A DNA stretch of 64,000 nucleotides from the human T2T-CHM13v2.0 reference genome, Homo sapiens (GCF_009914755.1 NC_060934.1); one strand, 5' to 3'; positions 13,600 to 38,414 are shown, counted from the stretch's first letter. Notes: generated from the letters alone by a model not told the origin. Program-made: numbers and translations.

Positions 13600-14790
13600 A
13601 TATATATATATCAAAAGACTCATATCAGAGAATATAGAGAACTCTCACAGTCAATAAGGAAAAAACACAAGAATCCAACTTTAAAAAGGTAGGGGGGCAA
13701 ACTCTTAAAGACTTAACAAAACGGAGCATATTCAAATGGCCAATAAATACGTAAAAAGCTCCCTATTTAGTCATCAGCAAATAGCAAATTAAAACCCCAA
13801 TACAATACTACTATCCACTCACCAGAAAGGCTAAAACTAAAGCATCAGAAAACACCATATGTTAATGAGGATGTGGCACAACGAGCATGTTTATATGGTA
13901 CAAGCACTCTGGAAAACTGGCCACATTTCTATAAATGCTGAAGATGTTTACTCCATGGCTGAGCAGTGTAACTCCCAGGTATATATCTAAGAGAAATTAG
14001 TGTTATGTCCATCAAAAGATACGTACAAGAATGTTCATAGCAACTTTATTCGTAACAGGCAAAAGCTGTCAACACATATGCCCAGCAATAGTAGAACAGA
14101 TTAATAAATTATGCTGTATCCACACAATGGAATACTACATAGCATTGAAAGAAAACTGCTACTATATGTCACATGGATTTCACACAGAATGTTAAGTAAA
14201 AGAAGACAGGAGAGTGTATGCTGTATGATAAATTTATATGAAGCTAAAGGACAGGCAGAATTAATCTACAGTGATAGAAGAGTAGTTAACCTCTGGGTAG
14301 GAAAATACTGACTGGGAAGGGCCACGAGGGAGCCTTCTAGCATGCTGAAAATGTTCTCTCTTAATCCGAGCAGTGACTATAAGAGCATATACATAAGTAA
14401 AAATTTGGCCAGGCGTGTTGTTTCATACCTGTAATCCCAGCACTTTGGGAGGCTGAGGCGGGTAGACTGCTTGAGGCCAGGAGTTCGAGACCAGCCTGGT
14501 CAACATGGCAAAATCCTGTCTCTACTAAAAATACAAAAATTAGCCGGCCATGGTGGTGCACACCTATAATCCCAGCTTCTTGGGAGGCTGAAGTACGAGA
14601 ATTGCCTGAACTCAGGAGGCAGAGGTTGCAGTGAACCGAGATCACACGACTGCGCTCCAGCCTGGGCGACAGAGGGAGACTGTGTCTCAAAAAAAAAAGA
14701 AAAGAAAAGAAAAAAAAAATCAACAAGCTATACACCTAAGATTTATGCACTTTACTACACTATAAACTTAAAAATTAATTTTAAAAAAGG
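13600..14790 (+). mobile_element. Old L1 3' region interrupted by an Alu (14407-14720)
   Basis: caaatggccaataaa, gcaaattaaaacc, gaatgttcatagcaactttattc, caatggaatactac motifs. Confidence 0.75.
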
Positions 14791-17609
14791 AAATAAAAAG
14801 AAGAAAAAACTATAGTTCCACCTGGGGATTTTTCCTAAAATCAGTGAAAGCACACAATTTGACAGCTAAGATATATCTTAGCAATTATCTAGTTCACCTC
14901 TTTTACATACTGAGATCCAAAAATGTTACATTATTTTACAGACAGCAAAATTACCATCAGAACCTCAAAACCTTTTCCAATCTATGGTTTCCCTTCATTA
15001 TACCAAGGACTTAACAATACCATTAACCAGAACTCAACAAGAAAGCAATAAAATCCAGAGATACCAACAAGAAGAGTCTCAGCTTAACTAAAATAACACT
15101 AAAATAAGGTGACAAATAGGTGTTTAGGTAACAAGAAAATAAGTCTACAACAAAATACACAATTTTATGATACTGAAAAATTCAGCTAACAAATGGCAAA
15201 AAGTATAGGTGGGGATTTTTTTAAAAAAACTTTCACAAGCAACAGAAATCATCAAGAAGACAGATGCCACCATGATTTGTGTTCCGGCCTCATCAGTGTC
15301 CCGGATGTTTTTTGAAAACATCAGGTACTCTCCCAACTACCTGAAATGTACTTCCCCCAGCTATGCACAAAGTGCATGCTCTTTATAGAGGTGTCTGTCA
15401 ACGAGCTTCCTTTATCTGAGCCTCTTCCTGATATCCTTATCTATTCTTACCTTCCACCACGCTGTCCCTCACTCTATCCCTCCATGTATCTTGCTAGCAC
15501 ACATTACTCTGGCACTATATTGCATACTTATTATTTATCTTCCTCTCTAACACATAGTCTCCCTGAGGGCAAGAACTTTATCTTGTTCCCTATGCTACAT
15601 CCTCAGTCCAAAATAATGCCTGGCACATAGTAGGGACTCAAATATTTGCTACTTAAATGTCTACATGCATTCAACTACTCGTGAATTCAACGAATAAATG
15701 CATCCATTCATTTGTGAATGGGAGTAATTCATCAATGAGTAAATGAATATTCATAATCGTTTCTTTCTCCCATGTTTCTTCACAGCCCCTGGCTACTCTA
15801 TAGAATTAAGTCATCAGGTCACGGTGAGATTCCATAAACAGAGAGAAGCAGTCACCAGTAAGGAAGACCCAGTAATGCTGAAGTAAAAACCTGTCCCCTT
15901 CTTGTTAGACCTTCTTGGGAACATCCATGTCCTCCAAGCACTAGCTTCCTGCAGAAAAACTTCCAGCACATACCATTTGTGAGGAGCAAGGAATACATAC
16001 CAAGAAATATGGAGGACAAAACTAGGTATCACTGAAATTACACTAGGCTAGGCAAAATCTTTCAAATTAACCTTAAAAAATTGGGTGTCTTCCAAAAATC
16101 CAAATAACATAAATTAGGGATAAATAGAAAATACCACAAAACCAAGAAATCAAAATTAGCAGGAAACCACAATAAAGACAAATTTGTTTTTAATGCCATC
16201 TGGTCAAAGTAATAAAAATGGAATATGTTATTAGCTATTTGATTATTATTAAGAATAAATGACTATATTAACATAAACATATTGATAATGGTTACAGGTA
16301 CTGCTTGCATAATTTACCAGACCAACTAATGTAAAGCAAGTTTGAATACGCCCACATCTTGTCAGGTACATGTATTACTAATGATCTTTAACATTTTAAC
16401 ATCAATGCAATGCTATGAAACGACACTTATATTTTAAATTTTATTTGTGGGCTAAAACATACAAGAACCAAACATGTCTTATTCATCTATGCATCCCTAG
16501 TATCTACCACAGTGAGTGGAACATGCCCCGAATTAAATGATTATATGACTGCTTGAATAGAAGAATCACATTCTTCCACAGTCCAGGAAAAAGTAATATG
16601 AAAGCCATTACAAAATTTTGAGCTATTTCTGGAATAAATGTCACATAAAAGCCAACAAATATATATATACATATGTATGTATATATATATAAATATTTAG
16701 AGACCTATACAAATATATTCCCTATTTTTACATATTCTTAAGGGCAGAATTATACTCTGGATAAATAACCATATGTAATATATGTTTTACTTTTATAATT
16801 AACTACTACTGACTAGATGAAAATCAACTGCTTTTTAATCATACAGGCAGTTACTTAAAATTATTTGGCATATATAATGAATGACCACAGTGAAAATACA
16901 AACTTTCCTTGTTTAGACTAGCCATCAAAAGGTACTATTGTTCACTTGTCAAGTGATTACCAGGAGGTCATAAAACTTGATGCTCTTCAGTTTTAATGTG
17001 AAAAACAGACCTAAAATACAAAAGCTAAAGACAAATGGCACTCACAGCAAAGTTGTTTCTATCACATGAGCTTTGCACTCACTAAAATGTGCTTAACTCA
17101 TTGTACGTAAATTGCTCAACACTCTCACTCAGGAAATTAAGAGCAGCTTTTACTTATTATAGTAGAACAACTGTCAAAAGCTTATGACATCATTTGAATT
17201 TTCCTTTTTGCTTCATGTCACAAGTTTCAAGAACACTATTTTCTTCCCAAGTAGCTTTCAATTTGGCAACAACTGAATTCTCTCTCCAGCTGTTTTTTTA
17301 AAAGTAGTCAACTCAGCTGCTCATTCATTCAAAACATGTTCACTGGGCTTCTACTCCATTCCAGACACTCTGCTGGGCATTGTGTATTTCTTCAGACTCT
17401 TGCATACAGTATTTTTATAAGTTAGTGTAACGAGCACAAAGTATGCTATGGATTACAGTACCCCAATATAGCTAACTTATCAAAACGAGAGATCTGCTCC
17501 TGTATGAACAAGAAGCTCTACCACCAGAATAAAAAAACAGGACACCTATAGCTCCTTTGTCTCCAGTTCTAGGTAAAGCAATTAAGAAATACACGTATTT
17601 TAATAGAAA

Positions 17610-18195
17610 CTAGGCACTAGAGCGTGACTGTAGTCCCAGCTACTTGGGAAGCTGAGGCAGGAGAATCGCTTGAGCCCAGGGATTCAAGGATATAGTGCAC
17701 AGTGATCATAATACTTACAAATAACCAACTGCACTTCAGCCTGGTCAACATAATGAGATCCTGTCTCTTAAAAAAAAAAAAAAAAAAAGGAAAGAAAATC
17801 ACAAATAAATCTTTTCCCAAATGATATCTTTTACAAGTTTTATGTGGTATAATAGATGAATCAACATATTAAAAATTCTTTACAAGTTTTTTGTTTTGCT
17901 TTGTTTTGTTTTTTAAAGAGTCTTGCTCTGTCACCTAGGCTGGAGTGCAGCGGCACGACCTCGGCTCACTGCAAACTCCGCCTCCTGGGTTCAAGCAATT
18001 CTCCTGCCTCAGCCTCCTGAGTAGCTGGGACTACAGGTGCACGTCGCCACACCCGGCTAATTTCTTTTGTATTTTAGTAGAGATGGGGTTTTGCCATGTT
18101 GCCCAGGATGGTCTCAAACTCCTCAACTCAGGCAATCCAGCCACCTCGGCCTCCCAAAGAGCTAGGATTACAGGCGTGAGCCACCGTGCCCGGCC
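17610..18195. mobile_element. Alu monomer (+, 17610-17790) and full Alu (-, 17887-18195)
   Basis: Alu consensus matches; tail-to-tail inverted pair. Confidence 0.9.
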
Positions 18196-19916
18196 TACAG
18201 GTTTTCTGTGGCATAAAAGGAAAAATTAAAATATTAAAAATTCTCAAAGACTAAAATTATATGTTGATAAATCAAACTGAGTGGTTTTCAATATTACTTT
18301 TTTATTTGAATAGGCTGATTTTAATATTAAAATGTAAAACATATGTTCTTTTAATTCAGACGAATATTTGAATTAAAAAGAAAAACAAAACAACCAAGAA
18401 AAATAAAATTTCATGTGCAAATGCTGACTGGGTAACCAGAAGGATCACTTACTTGCCCTTGACCTCAGGATCTCTGACAGTTCCTAATAACATCATCCAG
18501 ACCTAGTAACAAAAGTTTAGTCAATGATTATTTGGCCAAGCACCTTTACAAGTATAGCCTTATGTAATTATCACAACAAATTGTGTTGTATACAAATGAG
18601 GAACCTGGAGTGAAGAGAGCTGAGCAATTGGGAACTTGCTGAAAGCCACACAGGCAGTAGGTAGAGGAGATGAGAGTTAAGGCAGAAATGATTGATTAGA
18701 GTTCACATTTTCACCCTGGATGCTACTCAGCCTTCATGTCAACAATATCCTGACCCAAAATGTATGGAACTGTAAACACAGCAAGCACTGTTTGGCAGTA
18801 CTGATATCACCTTCACACCATTCAATCCAAAGAGTCTATCACTGGGCACATTTGTTCTCAGGCAGGAGGTTAATCAAGAATCAGCATCCATTTCATGCCA
18901 AGCATTCCTTTTGACAGCTAACATCCCATTTCATGGTCTTAATCCTCAACTTTCAGAAAACAATGTATGTTCAAATTAATTGTAATAATTATTGTTATAT
19001 AAAGCTAAACCTTAAGCAGAGGTCAATTATCAAGCTACTCCAGAACTTCAGACATTGAAATCAAATACAAAACCCCAGAAAAAAACAATAGAAGTGAAAA
19101 TGAGGACTCAAAAAGGCACTTCCTAATGCTTATATTCCCAACTTACAGAAGAGTCCTGCAAGCTCCTTTTCCCACTTTCCTCTTGACTGTAACTTTACTA
19201 ACAATAAACTTGGTGATCTAGTTTCCAAGCCAATAATCGACACTTCCAACCCTCCTTTATACCTGCTCTATTTTTCCCACAACACCCCCTGCTAACCTTC
19301 TATATAATTTACTGATGTATTATCCTTATTGTTTAATGACTATCTCTGACCATTCTCCCCCAACCACACCCCCAGAATGCAAGTTCCACAAGAGCAAGAG
19401 ATCTTTATCTGATTTACTCACTGATTAAACAGTTACCAAATGCCTCGACAGTACTTAGGTGCTCCATATTTTAACGAGCATATTAAGAAATTACAAATTA
19501 GAAAGGGAACAAATGCTAATACTAGACAAACTAACACAAGAATTGTCAGCAAGAAAGAGAAAGGATAAAGGGGACAACAGAGTAACTTTAGAGATAAAAG
19601 CAGTAGCCCATGGCACACTGAAATACGACAAGAGCAGAAGAATATTCCTAGGAAAATATGAGAGCCATTATCAACAGGCAAGTCCTGCTCGGCATTCTGT
19701 TTGAGAAGCTGAGGAAGAACACAAGACATTTTGGGAACATTGTCATTTTAAATTATTAGAGTACATAATATCTCAGCAATAAAAAACGTTTCCAATGCTT
19801 GGAAAATTTGCTTACAATGAACACTTCACTCACTGATGTCAATCACTCCATATTTTACTGAGGCCCACTTTAACTTTTACAAATGGCAACATCATGTCTA
19901 GTATAAAAAGCACTGC

Positions 19917-22020
<2,104 letters not shown>

Positions 22021-22101
22021 TAAATATTAAAAAGTTTCAAAATGTTCGGATCTTACTATCATTCTGTTAATTATATGCCAGAGTTAAATATTTATAAAAT
22101 A

Positions 22102-22245
22102 CAGGTTAAGCATCCCTAATCCAAAAATCTGAAATCTGAAAGCTCCAATGGGCATTTCCTTTGATTGTCATGTTGGCACTCAATAAGTTTCTAATCTTGG
22201 AGCATTTTTGGATTTCAGATTTTCACATAAGTGATACTCAACCTG
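22102..22245. mobile_element. Tigger4/Zombi-type MITE
   Basis: TIRs caggttaagcatccc / gatactcaacctg with TA target duplication. Confidence 0.75.
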
Positions 22246-22251
22246 TAGCAC

Positions 22252-22936
22252 CAGCAGGTTCTCAGGTGGCACTGCTTTGCTCAACATCATTTCGTTATAA
22301 CTTCAATGAGTATGAGACCAGCTTGGGCAACATAGCAAGATCCTGCTTCTACAAAAAATAAAAAACAAAAACCAAAAATACATTGATGATTTAAAAAAAA
22401 AAAAAACCCACCTCCTGGCCAGGGCTACTGTCTGTGTGGAGCTTGCAATTCCCCCCACATCTGTGTGGGTTTGCTCTGGGTCTTCCAGTTTCCTCCCACA
22501 TCTCACATGTGTGCACGTTAGGTTCACTGCTGTGTATACATGGTCCCAGTGTGAGTGTGGGTGTGTGCGTGAATATGCCCTGTGGTGGAACAGACTCCTG
22601 TCCAGGGTGAGTGTCCAACCTGCGCCCTAAGCTTCCAGAATAGGCTACAGCTCCCCGCCACCTGAACTGAAATCACTGGGTTAATAATATCTTACTTATT
22701 TTTATTAATCTTTCTTAAATGTATGTATAGCTCACATTTATTTCAATGTTTAATATTAGAAGTGCTTTGGTTTTTATTTAGAAGTCTGGTGATGTTTTGT
22801 GACCAGAAATACGCTGTAGGAACTTAACTCTTGTTTATATCAATTAGCCTAGGGTAAAACTGGTTTCCTTGTATGTCATTTCACCTATGACCACAGTTTC
22901 CAAGAACTATTAATGACATTAAGTGAGAACTTACTG
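22252..22936 (+). mobile_element. MER6/MER6A (TcMar-Tigger) with a short Alu fragment inside (about 22312-22375)
   Basis: cagcaggttctc...catttcgttataac start; gtttcctcccacatc core; taagtgagaacttactg end. Confidence 0.72.
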
Positions 22937-23525
22937 TGTGTGCCTATATATGATTGTCTGGTCTTTGCCTAATTGGAGAATGTCAATTCTCTAATACACT
23001 GAATAATTTTCTAAATATAAGTTACTACTTTCATATACAAAAATGTAAGCCATTAAGAGGAAAAAAAATAAAGATGAAAACTTCTCGAGATTAAAGTCCA
23101 GAAAATATTTAAAACCTTTAACAAGCAAAGAATCACTTGTAATTATCCTTTTAATGCCTCAATGAAAATTACAATAAATGATAGAAAAAGAAGCCTTTAT
23201 TCATACTTCTTGGGCTGTGAACACACAACTTGCAGAGAGCAAGCTGAGCCAAGATGAAAGAGCAAAGGGTTCTCGATCTACACCACCACCTGGTGGCGGA
23301 GTGAGACAGTGGCGCAGCTTCCACCGTCTCCTTTCAAGTCTCCATGGGGTCAGAATGGACTCATCACGACCTTTCCTTTCCACACTCATTGTCTAAACAA
23401 GTGAATATACATACACCTGAATATAAGATAACTATCCTCAAAATAAGCATCCCTCAGAAGTAGATATCGCCTCCTATTTCCATCTCTCATAGGAAGTTCC
23501 CTGAACTAATTTAAAAAACATTATA

Positions 23526-25924
<2,399 letters not shown>

Positions 25925-27081
25925 GTAAAGGTATTTTTGGTACACTTGGAACATCTGAATATGGACTGTGATGTTATAGAATTTCTACAGTTTTTAAAGA
26001 GTAAATATTGTGGTTATATAAGAGAATATACTTATTCTTAGGAGATGTATGCTTAGCACATCCAGGCAAAATGTCATAACATGCACAACTTTCAAATGGT
26101 TCAAGAGAGAAAGATAAAGTAAACCTAACAAAGTTGTTAACAACTTGTCAACATTGGTGAATGGAGTCTGGGTGTTCATTACATTCTTTCAACTTTTCTG
26201 TTCAAAAACTCCAAAAGTTTCAAAGTAGAAGGTTAAGGAAAAGAAGTCAATATTACAGAAAAAAATTAAGAAGCTGCCCTAGAATAAAAGAATCTAAAAT
26301 GATATCACAAAATGTAATAAACTTTGATTAAACACTATATCTTTTAAAATGGGAAAATGTAAAATAAGCACTAAATAGTAGATGATATTTACAAATTATC
26401 ATTAAGTTTCTCATGCGTTATAATTATACCACGTCTTGTAGAAGCACATCTCATTGTTTGAACATGTATGCTAAAGAATTTAGTAGTAAAATGTCATGAT
26501 ATATAATGGATGTTAAAATGACTCATACACAAAAAAAAGATAAAGCAAAGGAAAACTAACAACTGTTGAAACTAGGTGAGGGATGTACAGGTCATCAGTA
26601 TAATCAGTAAACCATTCTTTCAATTTTCCTTTATGTCTGATAATGTTGATAATAAAATTTGGGAAACAATTAGTCAGTGAATGCAGAAGTATGATGAGAT
26701 TACTGGGTTTATGACTAGGCTGTTTTTGAGACAGTAAAGAAGAGATGAGAGGTCAACTCTATTCTAGGAAACCAACGGCACATATTATTAGACAACAGTA
26801 TTTTCTAAAGAATAACATCAATAGAATTTCAGCTAAAATCTCATGTTTCTATCACATAGAATTACTGGTATCCTGAAAAATAAAGATTCTTAAAAGTTAG
26901 CTTTATACTGTATTATAAACGAGACAGGTCACAAATTACTCCAATTTATATTACATTACTTTCTGAAAATCTGATATCTACCTGAATGACTGAAAACAGT
27001 CATGGAAACACACATACTGGATTAATTTACAAAGTCCTATATTATTTCACTATTTGCAATTATGTGCTACTTTTCTAAAGA

Positions 27082-27720
27082 TGTTGAAACGGCTCCACTG
27101 TCTGAGGTATATACCCTGGTTCTTTGTCACGGTCAATAAAGAATTCAGGACACAGACACACGAGGAGAGGGTTTAGGAGCAGAAAGTTTAGCAGACAAAG
27201 AAAGAGAAAAGGCTTCCTCAAGCTGAGAAAGTGGGTTGCCCAAAAAGGGTCTCCAGTTTGTGGCAGAAGGCAACCGGTTTTGTACAGAGGACTGAAGAGG
27301 TGGTAACTGATTTACATGGGGCTCAGGGGATTGGGTTGATCGGGTATGCCATTTATATAGCCCTCGAAAAGACTGACCCTCCCACCCTAGTCTTTTATTA
27401 TGCAAATGTGGCCTCCACCAGGTGGTGGCCATGATACCTGAACATGTGATTTTACATGGAGGTTACCAGGATGCCGGCACATGGTGGCGACAGGAAAAAG
27501 AGGGCAGGAGAGGCCATATTGAATATACCTGGCTTGCAGGTACAGCTGCCTGCATTTACATATAAAAGCTTCTAGTTTGCATATCTATGCCTGACTCCTC
27601 AGGGTGCTTTCTGTTAGAGAAGAAATGGTTTAGAGCTGCTTTGTATTAAAGGAAAATTCCACGGAGAACTTTTACCCTTTCTAGCTGCCTAAAAATTATT
27701 TCTTAATGATGTCTGTATTA
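27082..27720 (-). mobile_element. ERV1-type solo LTR (family not determined)
   Basis: Minus strand opens taatacag...aagaaataatttttaggcagctagaaagggtaaaagttctc and ends ...caaca; about 640 bp. Confidence 0.7.
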
Positions 27721-28590
27721 AGGTTACTGAAAAGAATTGCTTAGAATAGCCAGGCAATCTATATTTATCTTTGCATCAAATTTCTCAAAAAATAACCTAT
27801 TTTTCAGAGTATTTAAATGATTATTTTACAGAGTCAGACTGGATTTTATGCACTAATGTGGTTGGTTACCTGAAATCTTCAAATAGGCATATTAACTGTT
27901 TTTTACTTTAAATGTTTTCCAACGAAAAAAGCAAAAAATGTATTTTCTTGAACATAATTAGTTTTCCCTCTTATATTAACAAAACTACACCACAGTGTGA
28001 TACTGTACAGAGTCCCTTAAAGCAAGTCAGTATAATGCAAACTTCTCAAAGAACTTTTTTGGCTTCTCTTTCTGCATTAGAGCAAAAAGAGAAGAAATGA
28101 ACACTGGCCATTTCCTGACGTAGAAAACTGTAGTCATGTACAGGGGAAAAGTACATTTGAACTCCACACCAAAATTAGCTTCTTTCAATATAAAACACCA
28201 TGCTTCAAGACTGGGAAGCCAAGTAGCACATCCCAATCAGTTTTTCTCAGCAGTCAGCCCCACAGATAGTGCACTCTCTATCTGTAGGCCAAGGGTTTGC
28301 CAAGTGGAGAAAGAATTTCTAGGATGAAAACACGACCGGTGAAGAATCTCATCTGCAGCAGTGACCATCTCCTTAATAGAACTATCACTAGGGCAACTGG
28401 CAGGTTAATCCCTGTTAACGAGCCCCAAATTTAATTATCTTACCTGGACCAGAGGTGTCATTCAAAGAGAGCACAAGAGTGGCAGAAAGATTTGGGGGAG
28501 AAGGGAGGAGGGGTTAGGGAAAGGGGGTTCCTCAGTGCTCTTTATTTGGAAAAGAGATACGGGGAAGTCTGGGTGGGACACAAACGGTGA

Positions 28591-34099
<5,509 letters not shown>

Positions 34100-34296
34100 T
34101 TAGCTTACACATCGTGTCATTAAAAAAACAAAAGCAGTCAAAAAATCAAAACTCTAATTCTTCTGCATCTGTTGGCCTCTTTCTTCCAACATACCATGGT
34201 TCTACTGTGACAACGATGCCATCTCATTCATTTCAATATCCCAAGACTGACAAAGACAGACCCTCAATAAACGCCCGTTAAACCATATTATATCTA

Positions 34297-34532
34297 ACAG
34301 AAGGTCCCCAGCTTATAATGGTTGGACTTATGCTTTTTCAACTTTACAATGATGGAAAACGATTCCGTTTTTCACTTTCAGTACAGTATTCAATAAATTA
34401 CATGAGATATTCAACATTTTATTATAAAATAGGCTTTGTGTTAGATGATTCTGCTTAACTGCAGATTATAAGTGTTCTGAGAATGTGTAAAGCAGGCGAG
34501 GCTAAGCTATGATGTTCGGTAGGTTAGGTGTA
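34297..34532 (-). mobile_element. MER47-type Tigger fragment
   Basis: ttttcactttcagtacagtattcaataaattacatgagatattcaac...ggctaagctatgatgttcggtaggttaggtgta. Confidence 0.75.
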
Positions 34533-34935
34533 GGTATTTCTTTCTAATTCACTTGTTGTTAAGGTATTTTTGCTTATTGGTCTGTCTTTCCCATTTGATT
34601 ATCAATTTCTTGAAGACAGAGACTCCTTTTGTTCTGTGGTGCACAGTCTGGCACACGATGGGCACTCAGTAAATGACTGTTGACCTAGAGTGGATGACTG
34701 ACCTTATATACCACTACTTTCAGGTTCCTAGAGAAAACACTAAGAACGCATCCTGAATTTGCAATCCTTTTTTCTAAGGATTTAAAATGCTCACATGTAT
34801 GAGTCATGTGAGTGTTCACAGAAGTTCAGTAATACACACTGAAAGGGTCATCAGCTCCACCTGACAAGAAAATGGTATATATTATACTTCTTCCCAGACA
34901 ACCTTATCAACACAGAAAACAACAGTTAACAATAC

Positions 34936-35064
34936 CTCAGTCTTCCCACATTCATCGGGTGGATCCTGGTGTATGGCCACTTGATACTTGACATACAAAG
35001 AAAAGGACTGGCTGAAAGACGACTTGAACTCTGGGTCCTCAAAGGAGACAGGTACTAACCTCAC
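34936..35064 (-). CDS. ATE1: ATE1 mutually exclusive exon 7b (129 nt; VRLVPVSFEDPEFKSSFSQSFSLYVKYQVAIHQDPPDECGKTE)
   Basis: ctctgaag|GTG AGG ... ACT GAG|gtattg; same length and phase as 7a; shared VR.V..S...FK.....S...Y..YQ..IH..PPD pattern. Confidence 0.96.
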
Positions 35065-35074
35065 CTTCAGAGCA
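35056..35074 (-). promoter_or_regulatory. RNA-structure element R4 (overlaps exon 7b acceptor)
   Basis: RNA UGCUCUGAAGGUGAGGUUA pairs with R3: 3 bp, 1-nt bulge, 13 bp, then G.U + 2 bp; 42-nt loop. Confidence 0.88.
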
Positions 35075-35116
35075 AGGAAAATACAAGCAAATGCTATTGA
35101 AACATCTCTGATGATA

Positions 35117-35133
35117 TGCTTCTGAAGGTGAGG
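35117..35133 (-). promoter_or_regulatory. RNA-structure element R3 core (shared partner of R1 and R4)
   Basis: + strand tgcttctgaaggtgagg is an inverted copy of the 7a acceptor and also complementary to the 7b acceptor. Confidence 0.9.
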
Positions 35134-35789
35134 CTACAGTAAGATCTCCACAAATCCACGCCAAAGCTCGAACTTGAATTTATCATGAAAAGAAACCCTA
35201 GACGAGGCAGACGGGTGCAGAGACCGAAGTGCTAACTGTACTAAAACTTATGAAAATCTCAACCTCATAAGAGCCAACAATTTGTTCTTTTTTTTTCTCT
35301 CTCTCTCCACTAATTGTAGTTTTCTGCATAAACTAGAGTCAATATTGTTGTTAATCATGGTGATGATCGCTACTTTTGCCACCTCTACTTATACTAAGTG
35401 TTTTAAGCTTTTTTCCTTTACAGATTTTTCTTGGGTCATTTAACTTACAAAATTATTAGCATATGAGTTCTTCTATTAAAATGTTCTACTATCTTCCTTT
35501 TTTAGTCCCACTCAATTGTGCAAGGGTAGCACATTAATAAAGAATAATTTAACTGGGATCAATTATTCCTACATACATCTTTCAAATACAGATAAAGCAT
35601 TAAAATCATGTTAGGCAAAGTACGTATCTACCATAAAAATATAGTTTCCTGAGTTTTCCTCACAGGTATTTTAATTTAGAGCTCTATTACTATCTTTTAG
35701 ATAAATGCATCTAAAATAGTGACTTTAAATAATTTTACATGTTACTTTGACTCTGAAATTATACATGGCTGGTACTTAACATGGCACTA

Positions 35790-35811
35790 GGTAAAATTTG
35801 CACTTTCAGAA
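35790..35811 (-). promoter_or_regulatory. RNA-structure element R2 (intron 7a-7b)
   Basis: + strand tttgcactttcagaa (35797-35811) is the exact reverse complement of 7918-7932; 20/22 over the extended span. Confidence 0.85.
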
Positions 35812-35820
35812 TGTCCATTA

Positions 35821-36102
<282 letters not shown>

Positions 36103-37080
36103 TTAAAAAAACAAGTTTACTAATTCATTCATTTATTCATTCTGTGGAATATGCATTAAGAGTAACTCCCATCCAAGAAACCAAGTTTCAACAATTATTA
36201 AAGCACCTAAATATTTTAATATTAAAAACCAACCAGTTAGTAAATAAAGAAAAAAGTTATTTTTGTAACTTACAGACTCATTAAGAAGAGGACGATCCCC
36301 TCTAAACTATAAGCCTCAGCTTTCATGACTGAATTATGTAAGCCTGCCTCTACTGTAAACTGGCAGAGTATTTCCAGCACTCGTACACACACGACACATA
36401 CACACACAAATAAATACCCTCTAGTTGTGCACAACTACCAGTAATTCTAAGAAAGACTAAAAATATGAATACATTTTTTGGCCACTCATTCATCATTGCT
36501 AACCCTCAACTTAAAACTCGACTGTTTGAGTTAAAAAGACCTCATAAAGTTTTCCTACTTCATAGCATAGTTAACAACCATGACTCTGAAGTCACATTTC
36601 CTTTGTTCAAATCTTACAATGTCACCATCTTGGTCAAGTAACCTTGTAAAATAAGGATAAGTTTAAAACAGTAATTGCACGCAGTAATGGCTAACATTTA
36701 CTTTAACATTATTTACTAGCCACTTAAAATGTATTAGCAAAACAGAACAGTAAAACAGTCAAATGCAATGCAATGAAAACAGCTGGAAACTGGACATGTG
36801 TGCCGTGAGAGGTAATTCTATGAAGAAAGAGCGACACCCAGTGGTAAAAGATCTCTATACATCCTGAGTATCATTACATTCAAAAAGTACAAGTAACCAC
36901 TGGAGAACTGTTACGTTAAGCGTGCTTGGCCTCCTGAATACATTACTATTTATGATCAAAGATAAAAGACACCTTGTAAAATATTTTAAGTAGTGTATTC
37001 AACTCTGTTTACAATTTTGGAAGGACAAAAAAATCTGTATCCAAATCAGAGTAGCCAAGGAGTTATAAAAGCTAAAATCT

Positions 37081-37906
<826 letters not shown>

Positions 37907-38414
37907 TAGAAACGAAAATAAATTTGGAAAAATGGAGGAATTTGGCTCTAAAAGTATTCATATTATGCCCAAATTGGTTTTGGCACTAATGAGAGAGGAT
38001 TTCAGCAGTACAATTTAGCCCTATTTAGATAATTCCTAACTGCTGGCTTATGTATATGACACCATTTGCTGTCTTTACCAAGATCAGAATATTATAATGG
38101 ATGAAATAGTGATTTGCCTTGTGTAATCTATTGTCTTTCACTATCTAAACCAAAACTGCTAAAAACACAATTTTAAAGAGTATTTCTTTCATTTTAACTA
38201 TTAAATTTCAATCAAGGTAGCATGCTAAAATTGACACTGTTTTGACAAGTTTAGTGGCCAACTATGTATTCTCAAAAAGTCTTTTAAAAAAAAAGGAGTT
38301 TCTCTCAAACAGCAGTTAACTTAGTAAATACAAATGTTACTTCTTCCCAGTTCTCTTTAATTTCTTTTAAATTCTCATTATTTAACTAGCAAACATCAAC
38401 TAATTAGAACTTCA

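Noticed and set aside
15856-15948. Possible 93-nt in-frame cryptic exon (ttttctgcag|GAA GCT...CTG|gtgact)
   Set aside because: Weak donor and no other support; such open candidates are expected by chance in a 29-kb intron
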